DNA of 41,312 nucleotides, taken from contig JBDQPD010000020.1 in the NCBI GenBank assembly GCA_040260805.1, positions 1 through 41,312 of the forward strand, written 5' to 3'. The notes under the pieces were generated by a model, which worked only from the letters and a program-made list of their open reading frames with translations, searched no databases and was not told where the DNA came from. The DNA comes from Myxococcota bacterium. Its GTDB lineage: Bacteria; Myxococcota; UBA4151. Position numbers and translations under genes: made by a program. Positions 26,747 through 36,380 of the stretch are shown here, piece by piece. Positions within the stretch are counted from its first letter, which is position 1, and the number at the start of each line of letters is the position of its first letter.

Positions 26747-27757
26747 TCAAGACCACTCAAGCCGTTGCTTGAGCAGAAAACAGCCAGCCAACACCAAGGG
26801 TAGCCCCGTCAGCACGCTCCAAACAAAAGCTTCAGCGGCGAGGCTGACTCGACCATCAACTGCAGCCAGCAGTGACTGTCCTGCCCAATACGATGTGAAG
26901 GGTTTCAAATACCAAGGGTCACTGAAATCAAAGCCCAGGCTCAGGGCGATCGGTAGGATCACTAAGACCACCAGCGGTCGAATGACGGACATGGCCATCA
27001 TCTGATTCTTCGCCAAGGCTGCAACCAAGACAATGAGCAACAAAGCCGATGGCAAAGCAGAGAGAAAGCCTACTCCCCACAAACTCCACGACAGATTCCA
27101 ACCCAACAAAATACCGCTTGAAATAGCTAGAATGACCGCTCCGAAATCAACAAGCACAATCGATTTAGCGCCCAAATACTCAGCAAAGGAGAGCGGCGAT
27201 AATCGAAGCGTCTCTAGGACTCTAGTCTCCCGATCCTCAATGATGATCAGCGCCGGAAAGAGCGCAACCATCATCAACAGGCTGAACAAAAACAACACCA
27301 TTTGGCGTCGCCTGTCTCGCTCCTGAGCTAACTCAACCGCTTGGTAATGAACGGTCAACGACGTGCCCCCTTCGAGCAATGCCGTCGCTTCATTGATCAA
27401 GAGGCCTGGGTAACTTCGAAGCGCACGCAGCTCGTTGCCTTCGACAATCACCTCGGGATCGAGCGTCCCATCACCAAAAACTCCGACCACATCATCGACC
27501 CCGCGAACCCGCTCGACCACCGCTGCGCGGTCCTTAACCCAGACCACATCAGCGCCTTCTTCGAGCCGGTCAACGACCAACCCCCTAAAGCTTCCTGCAG
27601 CGACCAAAGTCGGCTTGGCGCCGTCGATGATCGGCAGCGACGCCTTGAGCAGCCCAACCAAGGTCAAGGGGACCAGAACTAGGTAGATCATGCGCTGACT
27701 GCTCAACCCAACTCGCAGATCATGCCGAACATTCTGCATCACGCGGCCAACGTTCAT
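26747..27757 (-). CDS. ABC-2 type transporter permease
   Basis: One TM, extracytoplasmic loop, then five TMs; IIEDRETRVLETLRLSPLSFAEYLGAK motif; ATG 27757 overlaps the upstream stop (ATGA). Confidence 0.85.
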   Translation of the reverse strand: MNVGRVMQNVRHDLRVGLSSQRMIYLVLVPLTLVGLLKASLPIIDGAKPTLVAAGSFRGLVVDRLEEGADVVWVKDRAAVVERVRGVDDVVGVFGDGTLDPEVIVEGNELRALRSYPGLLINEATALLEGGTSLTVHYQAVELAQERDRRRQMVLFLFSLLMMVALFPALIIIEDRETRVLETLRLSPLSFAEYLGAKSIVLVDFGAVILAISSGILLGWNLSWSLWGVGFLSALPSALLLIVLVAALAKNQMMAMSVIRPLVVLVILPIALSLGFDFSDPWYLKPFTSYWAGQSLLAAVDGRVSLAAEAFVWSVLTGLPLVLAGCFLLKQRLEWS

Positions 27758-28788
27758 CGCGACCGTCCCAAAAGCCGGTAGTGAACGACGAGGCAGGCGA
27801 GCAGCGCAAAGACCGCAAAGGCTGGAAGCATGGACTGAACAGCGAGCAGCGGGTCCTCTGCCCTTCCGGTTGGAAACACGACGGCTCGGAGCCCATAAAT
27901 TAGCCCCCAGGTGGGCATGAAATGAAGCCACAAACGATCAAAGGCTGGGATAAAGAAGGCGACAAAGGGAAGCATCAGCGCGGCGACCATCAGCGCAAAG
28001 GCGTAGACGCCATCGAACAAAGAGCGAAGCAACGAGCCCAGCAAGGCGCCGAGGAATGAGAAGCCAATCGTTGCCACCAAAAGGATCAGCCAGAGCTTCA
28101 CTGACCCTAAAATCTCTGGCTTGACCATAGCGATGAGCACAAACCCGATCGGCAAGAAGGTCATCACCGTCGCCAGCACTTTGGCGAGCAAATACTCGAA
28201 CCCGTTAATGGGCGCGACGCGCAGCGCATCAATCGCGCCGGTGGCCTTGTCTTCAAAGATCATCGTCGCCAAGGAAACGACGCTGAGCACCGCAGCATTG
28301 ATCGCAAGCAATAAGATGAGCAGGACGTGATTAAACTGAGTCGGCTCGCGATCGAGCCCAAGATGGCTGAAGCGGTGCCCACGGTCCCATCCGATGCTCG
28401 TAAATCGGCTCCAAAACATCGTCGCCGTCGTCCGCGCTAAGGTCACAGCCCGCGAATCCTGCGAGCCGGCGTGGAGCACAACGACATCGGGTTCTCGGGC
28501 GGTCCCGCTAAACACCAACCCGACGCGCTGCCGGTCCTTGGACGCCCAAGCCTCAAGACGGGCTCGGTCAGGCAAGCCGAGATTCGGATCTTTGCTCAGG
28601 ACGCGGGCAAAGAGTTTACCGCGTGTGTTGTCGACGATGCGCAACGTCGGCTCGACCTTGATCTGCTCTGGAACGACGAAGCGAAGCGCGGCGCCTTGAA
28701 CCAGCACGGACGCCACCATCATAATGGGGATCCGGCTCAGCCAGACGTTGCGCAGGTCGAGCCAAAGCAGAGCCCAAAGACTTCGCAT
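27754..28788 (-). CDS. ABC-2 type transporter permease
   Basis: IFEDKATGAIDALRVAPINGFEYLLAK motif, six hydrophobic segments; TGATG coupling to the ATPase gene. Confidence 0.87.
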   Translation of the reverse strand: MRSLWALLWLDLRNVWLSRIPIMMVASVLVQGAALRFVVPEQIKVEPTLRIVDNTRGKLFARVLSKDPNLGLPDRARLEAWASKDRQRVGLVFSGTAREPDVVVLHAGSQDSRAVTLARTTATMFWSRFTSIGWDRGHRFSHLGLDREPTQFNHVLLILLLAINAAVLSVVSLATMIFEDKATGAIDALRVAPINGFEYLLAKVLATVMTFLPIGFVLIAMVKPEILGSVKLWLILLVATIGFSFLGALLGSLLRSLFDGVYAFALMVAALMLPFVAFFIPAFDRLWLHFMPTWGLIYGLRAVVFPTGRAEDPLLAVQSMLPAFAVFALLACLVVHYRLLGRSR

Positions 28789-29645
28789 CAAACCAGCTCA
28801 CACCCAGTCAGTTTGATGAAGATTTCACCCAGCGTCGCCTCCCGGCTATGCAAGGTTTCAACCGTGCCACTCGCCAGCAGAGTATCTAAGCGCTTGCGCC
28901 CAACCTCAGAGGATCCATCGATCACCTCGCTTTGCGCTTCACCGTCCGCCGTAAACTCAACTAAGATGCCCTGCTGACCGTGTTCAAGCTTCAGGTTACG
29001 GGGCGAGTCGCAAGCGACAATCTGTCCCTCATTGATGAACGCTATGCGGTCGCACAGCGCATCGGCGACGTGCATGTCGTGGGTGCTCAAAACGATGGTG
29101 GCACCTCGGTCACGCTCGGCGCGGATCAACTCGATCATACGCTCGGTATTAACTGGGTCGTTGCCACTGGTCGGCTCATCAAGGAACACGACCTTGGGTT
29201 GGTGCTGAATCGCACGTAAAACCACTAAACGCTGCTTCATCCCTTTAGAGTAGCTCGATACGCGTTGGTCCAAGGCGGGGCTCAGATCCAGTAACTCAAA
29301 GAGCTCCTTCGGTGAGCGACTACCGCCTCTATAAAGGCCAGCGGTGGCGACAAGGTTCGCCTCACCGGTGAGACGTTCGTAGAGATTGGGCTGCTCAAAA
29401 GCGACGCCGATCGATTCAAAGTACTCGCGACCCGTCTGGGCAAGCGGCTTGCCATCAAAAAGCAACTCACCCTGCCCCGCACAGAGCTGCTTATTGAGCA
29501 GACGCTGAACCGTGCTCTTGCCGGCACCACTCGGACCTAAAAATCCGAAGATCTCGCCTTGCTCAACATCAAAACTCACGCCCTTTAAGGCGTCATTCTG
29601 TGCTTGAGGGTAGCGAAAGATCAGATCTTTAACGCTGATCATCAT
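28788..29645 (-). CDS. ABC transporter ATP-binding protein (DrrA-like exporter ATPase)
   Basis: Walker A GPSGAGKS, signature YSKGMKQR, Walker B VFLDEPTSG, H-loop STHDM. Confidence 0.95.
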   Translation of the reverse strand: MMISVKDLIFRYPQAQNDALKGVSFDVEQGEIFGFLGPSGAGKSTVQRLLNKQLCAGQGELLFDGKPLAQTGREYFESIGVAFEQPNLYERLTGEANLVATAGLYRGGSRSPKELFELLDLSPALDQRVSSYSKGMKQRLVVLRAIQHQPKVVFLDEPTSGNDPVNTERMIELIRAERDRGATIVLSTHDMHVADALCDRIAFINEGQIVACDSPRNLKLEHGQQGILVEFTADGEAQSEVIDGSSEVGRKRLDTLLASGTVETLHSREATLGEIFIKLTGCELV

Positions 29646-30844
29646 GAGCTTTGGATGGCCTCAGGCTGCCCAGGCTCAAAACCTGCAGCAACGATCACCT
29701 GCGCCAGGCTCTCCGAGGAAATCACGCCATCGATACGAGCCTGAGCGCCCTCCAAATCGACATGAGCCGAGTTGATCTCATCGTTGGCGTTGAGCACGCG
29801 CTCAAGCCGAGATGAGCAGCCACCACACGTCATCCCCTGAACCGAGACATTCCAACCACTATTCACTGATGCGTTCCCCCGCCTAAACTTTGCCCGTAAA
29901 TCGTCCACCGCGAACGCAACAAAGACAAGCGACAACACGATCGAGGACAACATCGACAGCCAACCCATCTCGTCATGCACATGTCCCCCAACGGCTTCAG
30001 CCGGAGGTAACAGGTGATCAAACGAAATGCCCAAAACGATGGAACCGATGATTAAGGTCGCCATATAGATGACCAAAATCCGGCGCCCAAAGGTGCGCGC
30101 AACCGCGCCAATCGTCGCCACATTGGTGGCCGGCCCAGCGATCAGAAAAACCAAGGCGCTCCCAGCGGGCAAACCACCCGCCACCAAAGCGGCGGCGATC
30201 GGCACCGAAGCCGTCGCACACACGTAGAGCGGAATCGACAGCAGCAACACGCCACCATAGACGGCATAAGGAGACCGCTGACTCAGAGCCGTCAGCTCAG
30301 AGGCTGGGATGTACACCGTGATGGCGGCGGACGCGACGACGCCGACGACCACCCAAACCCAGATGGTCTTGAGCACCTGAACAGCGTGCCAAAATCCTTC
30401 GCTCCACCCGGGTCGTTTCGCTTCGCTTGAGCTCGATCCTTGCGAGTCTGATTTCGGGGCACCAAAAGCATGGACCAGCAATCCCCCGGCGATCCCAAGA
30501 ACCGCCGCAGCGGCCACTTTGAACAAGGCGAAGGGCCAACCCAGCATACCGGCGCTGACCAAGACTGAATCGACCCCGGTTTGAGGCGTACTGATCAGGA
30601 AGCCGAGCGATGAACCATCGCTTGCGCCGTCCTTTTTGAGTCCCACCCCGGCCGGGATCACACCACAACTGCAGAGCGGCAGCGGCACGCCAAAGACGAC
30701 GGCCTTAAAGACGCCAGCTACACCGCGCAGTTGCGTGGCGATGAACTGCGAAGGCAAAAATGCGTGCATCACGCCCGAAACGAGAGCACCGAGGAGCAGC
30801 CAAGGGGCGAGTTCAGCTGATACAGAAATCATGGCAGCTAACAT
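29642..30844 (-). CDS. DUF318/ArsP-like (SO_0444-type) putative metal permease with C-terminal HMA domain
   Basis: GVPLPLCSCGVIP, FLISTPQTGVDS, PLYVCATASVPIA, FLIAGPATN; HVH linker; HMA VQGMTCGGC. Start ATG 30844 after GAGGGG. Confidence 0.87.
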   Translation of the reverse strand: MLAAMISVSAELAPWLLLGALVSGVMHAFLPSQFIATQLRGVAGVFKAVVFGVPLPLCSCGVIPAGVGLKKDGASDGSSLGFLISTPQTGVDSVLVSAGMLGWPFALFKVAAAAVLGIAGGLLVHAFGAPKSDSQGSSSSEAKRPGWSEGFWHAVQVLKTIWVWVVVGVVASAAITVYIPASELTALSQRSPYAVYGGVLLLSIPLYVCATASVPIAAALVAGGLPAGSALVFLIAGPATNVATIGAVARTFGRRILVIYMATLIIGSIVLGISFDHLLPPAEAVGGHVHDEMGWLSMLSSIVLSLVFVAFAVDDLRAKFRRGNASVNSGWNVSVQGMTCGGCSSRLERVLNANDEINSAHVDLEGAQARIDGVISSESLAQVIVAAGFEPGQPEAIQSS

Positions 30845-30914
30845 ACATTTGCCCCCTCGGCGCCCTGAGTAAGCCATCTTTACCACAGCTTGTACAAATG
30901 AAATTGGAGCCATC

Positions 30915-31550
30915 ATGCTAACCTTAGTTTCCGAAGCGATCGAACACTATGCGCGCCAGCACACAGCGGCTGAGTCGGATGTCATGAATAGACTCCGCGA
31001 GGCGACCTATGCAGAGACCTCGCTCCCTCAAATGCTCAGTGGCCCGTTGGTCGGTCAAACGCTCAGGATGCTGTGCCGCTTGAGCGGCGGCGGTCTGGCG
31101 GTCGAAGTCGGCACCTTTACAGGCTATGCTTCGCTATGGATCGCCGGCGGGCTAAACCCCACAGGTCGTCTCGTAACGCTCGACGTCAGTGAGGAGAGCA
31201 CCGCCATTGCCCAACGGCATTGGGCACAGGATGAATTAGGCAGCCAAATCACGTTGAAGTTGGGACCTGCTGCAGACTCTATCAAAGCGCTCGAAGGAGT
31301 GATCGACTTCGCCTTCATCGACGCCGATAAGGTGGGCTACATCGAGTATTATGAGCTGATCATGGAGCGTATGCGCCCCGGCGGCGTCATTGTTGCGGAT
31401 AACGTGCTCTGGAGCGGCCGCGTCCTTGAACCGAGCGACGCCAGCGATCATGCGCTCGTCGACTATGCGCGGCATGTCACGCAAGACCCGCGGAGCGAGC
31501 AGGTGATGATGACGCTAAGAGACGGCTTATTGGTGTCGATGAAAAAATAA
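30915..31550 (+). CDS. Class I SAM-dependent O-methyltransferase (COMT/CCoAOMT-like)
   Basis: VEVGTFTGYASL, FAFIDADK, GGVIVADNVLWSG; GGAG RBS. Confidence 0.93.
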   Translation: MLTLVSEAIEHYARQHTAAESDVMNRLREATYAETSLPQMLSGPLVGQTLRMLCRLSGGGLAVEVGTFTGYASLWIAGGLNPTGRLVTLDVSEESTAIAQRHWAQDELGSQITLKLGPAADSIKALEGVIDFAFIDADKVGYIEYYELIMERMRPGGVIVADNVLWSGRVLEPSDASDHALVDYARHVTQDPRSEQVMMTLRDGLLVSMKK

Positions 31551-31611
31551 GGTGGACGCCGTTGGGCTGAGTCAATCCCTGGGTTAGAAAGCCCGAGGGA
31601 AGGAACTCTTT

Positions 31612-32343
31612 ATGGGGCATTGGCTCACGCGATCTGGACAGATTGAACCCTGCGTTTATCAGCCGGGCTTACCGTCGCGCTACGAGGTCATCATCCCGAC
31701 CAAGCGCCTAACTGACGCCGAGGTAGACGAGCTTCACGCCGCGGGTGCGCGGCGCTCGGGTTGGCTCTTTTACACCACCGACTGTCCAAGCTGCTCAGAC
31801 TGCCGGCCCTTGCGCATCGATCTGAGCACCTTTCGTTTGTCCCGGTCTCAAAAGCGGGTCTGGAAGGCCAATCAAGATCTGCGCGTTGAAGTCGGCGCCC
31901 CGAAGGTTTCGGAGCGTCGCGTGGAGCTGTACAATCTTCATCTTAATCAGCGCGGGCTGAACACCAACGACCAAAACATCGACTCGGATCGCTACACTCA
32001 GTGGTTGGTCGAGTCAGGAATTCAGACCCTCGAATTTACCTATTATTCTGGGGACCAACTGGTCGGAGTGGGCCTCGTCGATAGGGGAGAAAAGGACGCC
32101 TCTAGTGTTTATTTCTACTTCGACCCAAAGGTATCCAAACGCTCACTCGGCACCTTCTCTGTGCTCAAAGAAATTGACTGGCTCACTCAGCAAGGGAGCC
32201 GCTTTCATTACTTGGGTTTCTACAACGAAGGCTGCAAAGCCTTGCGTTACAAAGCCGCTTTTGGTCCGCATGAGCTGCTCGAAGGCATACAAGGAGACGC
32301 TCGATGGCAATCAATCAATGGCGAACGGGGCTCTTGCTCCTAG
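31612..32343 (+). CDS. bpt: Arginyl-tRNA-protein transferase family (bacterial Ate/Bpt, Asp/Glu-specific leucyltransferase-like)
   Basis: PCVY.P, GARRSG..FY..DCPSCSDCRPLRI, SRSQKRVWK.N.DL, SSVYFYFDP...RSLGTFSVL.EI, YLGFY...C..L.YKA.F.P.ELL. Confidence 0.88.
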   Translation: MGHWLTRSGQIEPCVYQPGLPSRYEVIIPTKRLTDAEVDELHAAGARRSGWLFYTTDCPSCSDCRPLRIDLSTFRLSRSQKRVWKANQDLRVEVGAPKVSERRVELYNLHLNQRGLNTNDQNIDSDRYTQWLVESGIQTLEFTYYSGDQLVGVGLVDRGEKDASSVYFYFDPKVSKRSLGTFSVLKEIDWLTQQGSRFHYLGFYNEGCKALRYKAAFGPHELLEGIQGDARWQSINGERGSCS

Positions 32344-34667
32344 CAGGTCTAAGCATAAGCTCGGGCTGTTCCGATGATAACCCGCCCCCTGCCGACCCAG
32401 CTCCAGTTGCCGGACCGACGGCATGGACGCCGGGCCCTGTCGCCGAACCATTTGAGCCCAACAGGCTGACGCTGGCGTGGCGAATTGCGTACACGACCGA
32501 GCGCAACGCTCGAATGGACCGAAGGATGTTTCGCGGCCCGGACAGCTTCCCGTCTCAAGGTCTGGATCAGGGCGTTAACCTGGAGTGGTTGACCCAACCC
32601 GAAGAAGAGGACGGATCCTTTGCTCGTCAGTACAATGGATGGATCTATGGCGTCAGCCAGGTCGATCCGCCTGAAGGTCACAACCTGTACGCGCTCGGCG
32701 ACCGCGTCTTTAATTTCGGATCTGGTGGCATCGCTCAACCCGGTGATGTCTATGGGCGCGGAAACCGTTTGGTACCGCTCGCCGGTGCCGCTGAAACCGG
32801 CTTGGTGGGTATCCGCTCCTACGGACGACGCGGGCGCCCCAAAGTACAAATTTTCTCAACGCCGCATGAGATCCATCTGAACCTTAGTGACCGCACGTGG
32901 GCGCACTGGTTGCACGGCGATGCGACGGCACGATGGCTGGGCGTCCCCTTGCTAAACCTAGGCAAGAAACCGCTTGAGGATATTAGGCTCAAGGTGCTGG
33001 AAAGCGAGCACTTTGAGGCTACCTCCACGCCCTTTGAAGGTGTGGTCGGCGGAGCGGTCACCCAGGTCCCCTTCTCGCTGCAGCCGAAAGCAGCGTGGAC
33101 CGATACTGAGGAAGAAATCACGGCGACATTACGGGTCGAATCACCGAGCTTAGAATTTAGTTATGAGGTCACCGTGACCCTACCCAAAGCGGCTCCTTCC
33201 GAGCCCTATCGAATGACCTTTCGCTCGCCAATTGATGGATCGGTTCAATACTACGGGGTCCGTCGTCCTGAGCCCTTCGACCCGACCCAAAGCTACGGCA
33301 TGGTGTTGAGCTTACATGGAGCCTCAGTGGAAGGCTTTGGTCAGGTCAAAGCCTACTCGGATAAAGACTGGGCTTACATTATCGCACCGACCAACCGCCG
33401 CCCCTTCGGCTTTGACTGGGAGGAATGGGGCCGGCTCAACGCCCTTTCATCACTCAACGACGCCGTCGCTCGTTTCGAACCCGACCCGACGCAGATGCAT
33501 CTGACCGGACATTCGATGGGAGGGCACGGCACCTGGCACAACGGCGTGATGAGCCCGGGTCGCTTTGCGACGCTAGGACCTAGCGCAGGCTGGCAGAGCT
33601 TTTATACCTACGGGGGCAGTCAGCGTCCGAGTGGAGCCTTTGCGCGCTCTAGAGCGCATTCTGACACAGCGAACTATATGACCAACCTAGCGCGCCGAGG
33701 GATCTACATCATTCACGGTACCGCAGATGATAACGTCCCCTTGAGTGAAGGACGCACCATGCGCGAGCTGGCCTTGGCGGTTACCGAGGATGTCCAAATG
33801 CACGAGCAAGAGGGCGCTGGGCACTGGTGGAACGGTGATCAAGCCGAGGGCGCCGACTGCGTCGATTGGCCGCCGCTCTTTGAGTTCATGCAGGCGCACC
33901 GACTCGACCCCTTCGAAACCGATTTTAGCTACCGCTCACCTCGTCCGGGCTACGCCTCCTCGCACAGCTATGTTCACCTGGAGTCTGCGCTGAGCGCTGA
34001 CGCCGACCTAGAGCTTGAATCCCAACGGACCGATGATCGGGTTGAGCTCACCACCACCAACACTCGCTCCATGCGCATCAACACGAAGGCGCTGCGCCAA
34101 GCAGGTGTGAGCCAACTTGTGGTGGATGGTGATACAGTCAGTCTTGACGGTGACGAAGTGTGGCTAGGACCGCAAACTGGTAAAACGGCAGCTCATCATG
34201 GACCCTTCAATCAGGTCTTTCATCAGCCCTTTTGCTTCGTTTATGATGATCGGGTCCCGGGCTATGCCTCACACGCCGCTTACCTGAGCTCGCACTGGGC
34301 ACTGCAAGGAAATGGCAGCGCCTGCGGCTTAAGCATCGAGAACCAAGAAGCTTTGGGCGAGCGGAACCCGGTCTTCATCGGTGGCCAAATGGAAGACTTA
34401 CCGCTGCCCGAAGGCTTCCCTGTACGTTGGAATGACGACGAGATCGTGATCAATGGCGAGGTACAATCTAAAGCAGGGCTGCAGTTCGTCGCTCCATTTG
34501 GCGAACGCCTCGGTGCCGTATTGGTCACCACGCCAGGTCATGAAGACCTCCTCGAAGGAACGGCACCGTTTAGCTCTCGCAGCGGCATGCCAGACTATCT
34601 AGCATGGACCACAGGTCAGGCTCTGTTGACCGGACATTTCGACGCGGAATGGCGCTTCGCGCAGTAG
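32304..34667 (+). CDS. Lipoprotein with alpha/beta-hydrolase domain (S9 peptidase/esterase-like)
   Basis: Lipobox SISSGC; LSLHGA oxyanion segment, nucleophile GHSMGG, IIHGTADDNVP (Asp), GAGHWW (His). Confidence 0.8.
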   Translation: MAINQWRTGLLLLAGLSISSGCSDDNPPPADPAPVAGPTAWTPGPVAEPFEPNRLTLAWRIAYTTERNARMDRRMFRGPDSFPSQGLDQGVNLEWLTQPEEEDGSFARQYNGWIYGVSQVDPPEGHNLYALGDRVFNFGSGGIAQPGDVYGRGNRLVPLAGAAETGLVGIRSYGRRGRPKVQIFSTPHEIHLNLSDRTWAHWLHGDATARWLGVPLLNLGKKPLEDIRLKVLESEHFEATSTPFEGVVGGAVTQVPFSLQPKAAWTDTEEEITATLRVESPSLEFSYEVTVTLPKAAPSEPYRMTFRSPIDGSVQYYGVRRPEPFDPTQSYGMVLSLHGASVEGFGQVKAYSDKDWAYIIAPTNRRPFGFDWEEWGRLNALSSLNDAVARFEPDPTQMHLTGHSMGGHGTWHNGVMSPGRFATLGPSAGWQSFYTYGGSQRPSGAFARSRAHSDTANYMTNLARRGIYIIHGTADDNVPLSEGRTMRELALAVTEDVQMHEQEGAGHWWNGDQAEGADCVDWPPLFEFMQAHRLDPFETDFSYRSPRPGYASSHSYVHLESALSADADLELESQRTDDRVELTTTNTRSMRINTKALRQAGVSQLVVDGDTVSLDGDEVWLGPQTGKTAAHHGPFNQVFHQPFCFVYDDRVPGYASHAAYLSSHWALQGNGSACGLSIENQEALGERNPVFIGGQMEDLPLPEGFPVRWNDDEIVINGEVQSKAGLQFVAPFGERLGAVLVTTPGHEDLLEGTAPFSSRSGMPDYLAWTTGQALLTGHFDAEWRFAQ

Positions 34668-34668
34668 G

Positions 34669-35550
34669 CTAGAACTCGCCGTTGAGCCAAGGCAGGTCGG
34701 CCTCTTCAGCTCGGGCGGTCAGAACCTCAACGCCATCCTCAGTGACCAAAATGGTGTGTTCAAACTGAGCGGATGGCTTGCCATCGCCGGTCACAGCGGT
34801 CCAGCCATCATCCAAAACATGGTTTTGGTGAGTGCCTAAGTTGATCATCGGCTCGATGGTAAAAATATGTCCGGACTTGAGCGCCGGTCCACCACTGGTG
34901 GTGCGATAATGAACGACGTTAGGCTCGCAGTGAAACACATCGCCGATACCGTGCCCAACGAAGTTACGAACGACGCCATAGCCAAAACGATCGGCGTGAT
35001 CGTGAATGGCTGCGCCAATTAGGTTGAGTCGGCGATAAACGCTTGGATCGCTCACCGAGCGGATCGCCAAATACAGGCATTCTTGCGTCCGCTTGACCAA
35101 GTCGCGCACCTCATCGCTAGTACCAGGCATGATGAAGGTTTTCGACGTATCCCCGAACCATCCATCAAGAGTGACGGTCACGTCGACGTTGATGATGTCA
35201 CCCTCTTGCAGAATCTCATGCTCACTCGGAATACCGTGGCAGACGACCTCATTGAGGCTGGTGCATACCGAGCCCGGAAAGCCACCCTGGCTCAAAACCA
35301 AGGGCTTGCTCAGATCAAGCTGCGGCCCTGGGTAGTTCAGCGGACTAGGATAAGCACCACGTTCGGTCGCATACTCAAAGCACAGCCGGTCAATCTCTTG
35401 AGTCGATACGCCCGGCTTGATGAAGGGTTCTACGTACTCGAGGGTTTGAGACGCCAAACGTCCCGCCGCTCTCATGCCATTGATCTCTGATTCGGTGCGC
35501 CGAGGCATCTTTGGGCCGCGTCGTAACATCTTGGTCTCCGACACGCCCAT
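34669..35550 (-). CDS. map: Type I methionyl aminopeptidase
   Basis: SVCTSLNEVVCHGIP, GDIINVDVT...GDTS, FVGHGIG..FH, FTIEPMIN, SAQFEHT. Exact start uncertain (35550 or 35529). Confidence 0.96.
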   Translation of the reverse strand: MGVSETKMLRRGPKMPRRTESEINGMRAAGRLASQTLEYVEPFIKPGVSTQEIDRLCFEYATERGAYPSPLNYPGPQLDLSKPLVLSQGGFPGSVCTSLNEVVCHGIPSEHEILQEGDIINVDVTVTLDGWFGDTSKTFIMPGTSDEVRDLVKRTQECLYLAIRSVSDPSVYRRLNLIGAAIHDHADRFGYGVVRNFVGHGIGDVFHCEPNVVHYRTTSGGPALKSGHIFTIEPMINLGTHQNHVLDDGWTAVTGDGKPSAQFEHTILVTEDGVEVLTARAEEADLPWLNGEF

Positions 35551-35593
35551 AGGCAGAAGTTTGACCAATTGAAAGTAAAGGTGAGCGCTAAGC

Positions 35594-36328
35594 CTAAGGC
35601 TTTTTCACGCCTTGCTCCTTGACCTCGGGTAATTGAGCAGGCGTCAAGCTGACCCCTGGAGCGCTCGCCTTTGGTAACTCTCGTCCACCAATGACGATGC
35701 TGTCTTTACCCGGAGGAACCGGCGCAGCTTCGGCTGCTTTTTGAACCTTTGCGACTTGCTGCTTCTGAACAATACGTCGCACGCGCTGGCGCTTTTTAGG
35801 TTTAGGCCAGATTCGCTCGTTTGCTCGCATCAACAAACTGACGCGATCGCCAGTCATCACGCCCTGCACATCGAGCGGTAGAACTTTGGTCGGATCAGGC
35901 TGACGAAGTACAAAGACTTGAGCGGACTCCTCGCCCAAGGCTACGACTTGAACCTCAGCAACTACCGTTTGATGTTTCCCTCGCCAAACAATCAACCGGT
36001 CGCCATCCCGCAAGCCTACGTTTCGACCACCGTTGATGGTGAAGTGCTTGGCGGCTGCCGGCTTGAGCGGATTCCAATGCGCCTCATCGACCATCAACCC
36101 GCCAACGGGTGCTGTGATCTTTCCGAACACCGGCGCTGGCATCAAACGACGGTCAAGCTCGGTAGGGTCATGGCGCTTTTCGGGCTTAACAACTCGCTTG
36201 GCTCGAGCGGCGCGTGGCGCCTTTTGACCCGGGCGAGATTCAGCGAAAGCCGAGCCCAACGGGTAGCCCGTTAACCCAAGCAATAAGGTCAAATGTAACG
36301 TCTTACGCTGGAGGTTCATCGCTGTCAT
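35594..36328 (-). CDS. Exported basic hypothetical protein with a FlgT-C-terminal-like beta domain
   Basis: Signal peptide ending GSAFA-ES; FTINGGRNVGLRDGDRLIVWR...VAEVQVVALGEESAQV...GDRV pattern. Start ATG 36328 after GGAGA. Confidence 0.55.
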   Translation of the reverse strand: MTAMNLQRKTLHLTLLLGLTGYPLGSAFAESRPGQKAPRAARAKRVVKPEKRHDPTELDRRLMPAPVFGKITAPVGGLMVDEAHWNPLKPAAAKHFTINGGRNVGLRDGDRLIVWRGKHQTVVAEVQVVALGEESAQVFVLRQPDPTKVLPLDVQGVMTGDRVSLLMRANERIWPKPKKRQRVRRIVQKQQVAKVQKAAEAAPVPPGKDSIVIGGRELPKASAPGVSLTPAQLPEVKEQGVKKP

Positions 36329-36380
36329 TGGAGGTTCTCCACCCCCAATCTGCGTCATACCTATGGGGTGACGCAAAAAA

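Noticed and set aside
30890..30897. TTGTACAA palindrome in the divergent permease/O-methyltransferase spacer as a metal-regulator operator
   Set aside because: Only 8 bp, expected by chance, and no cognate regulator is adjacent.
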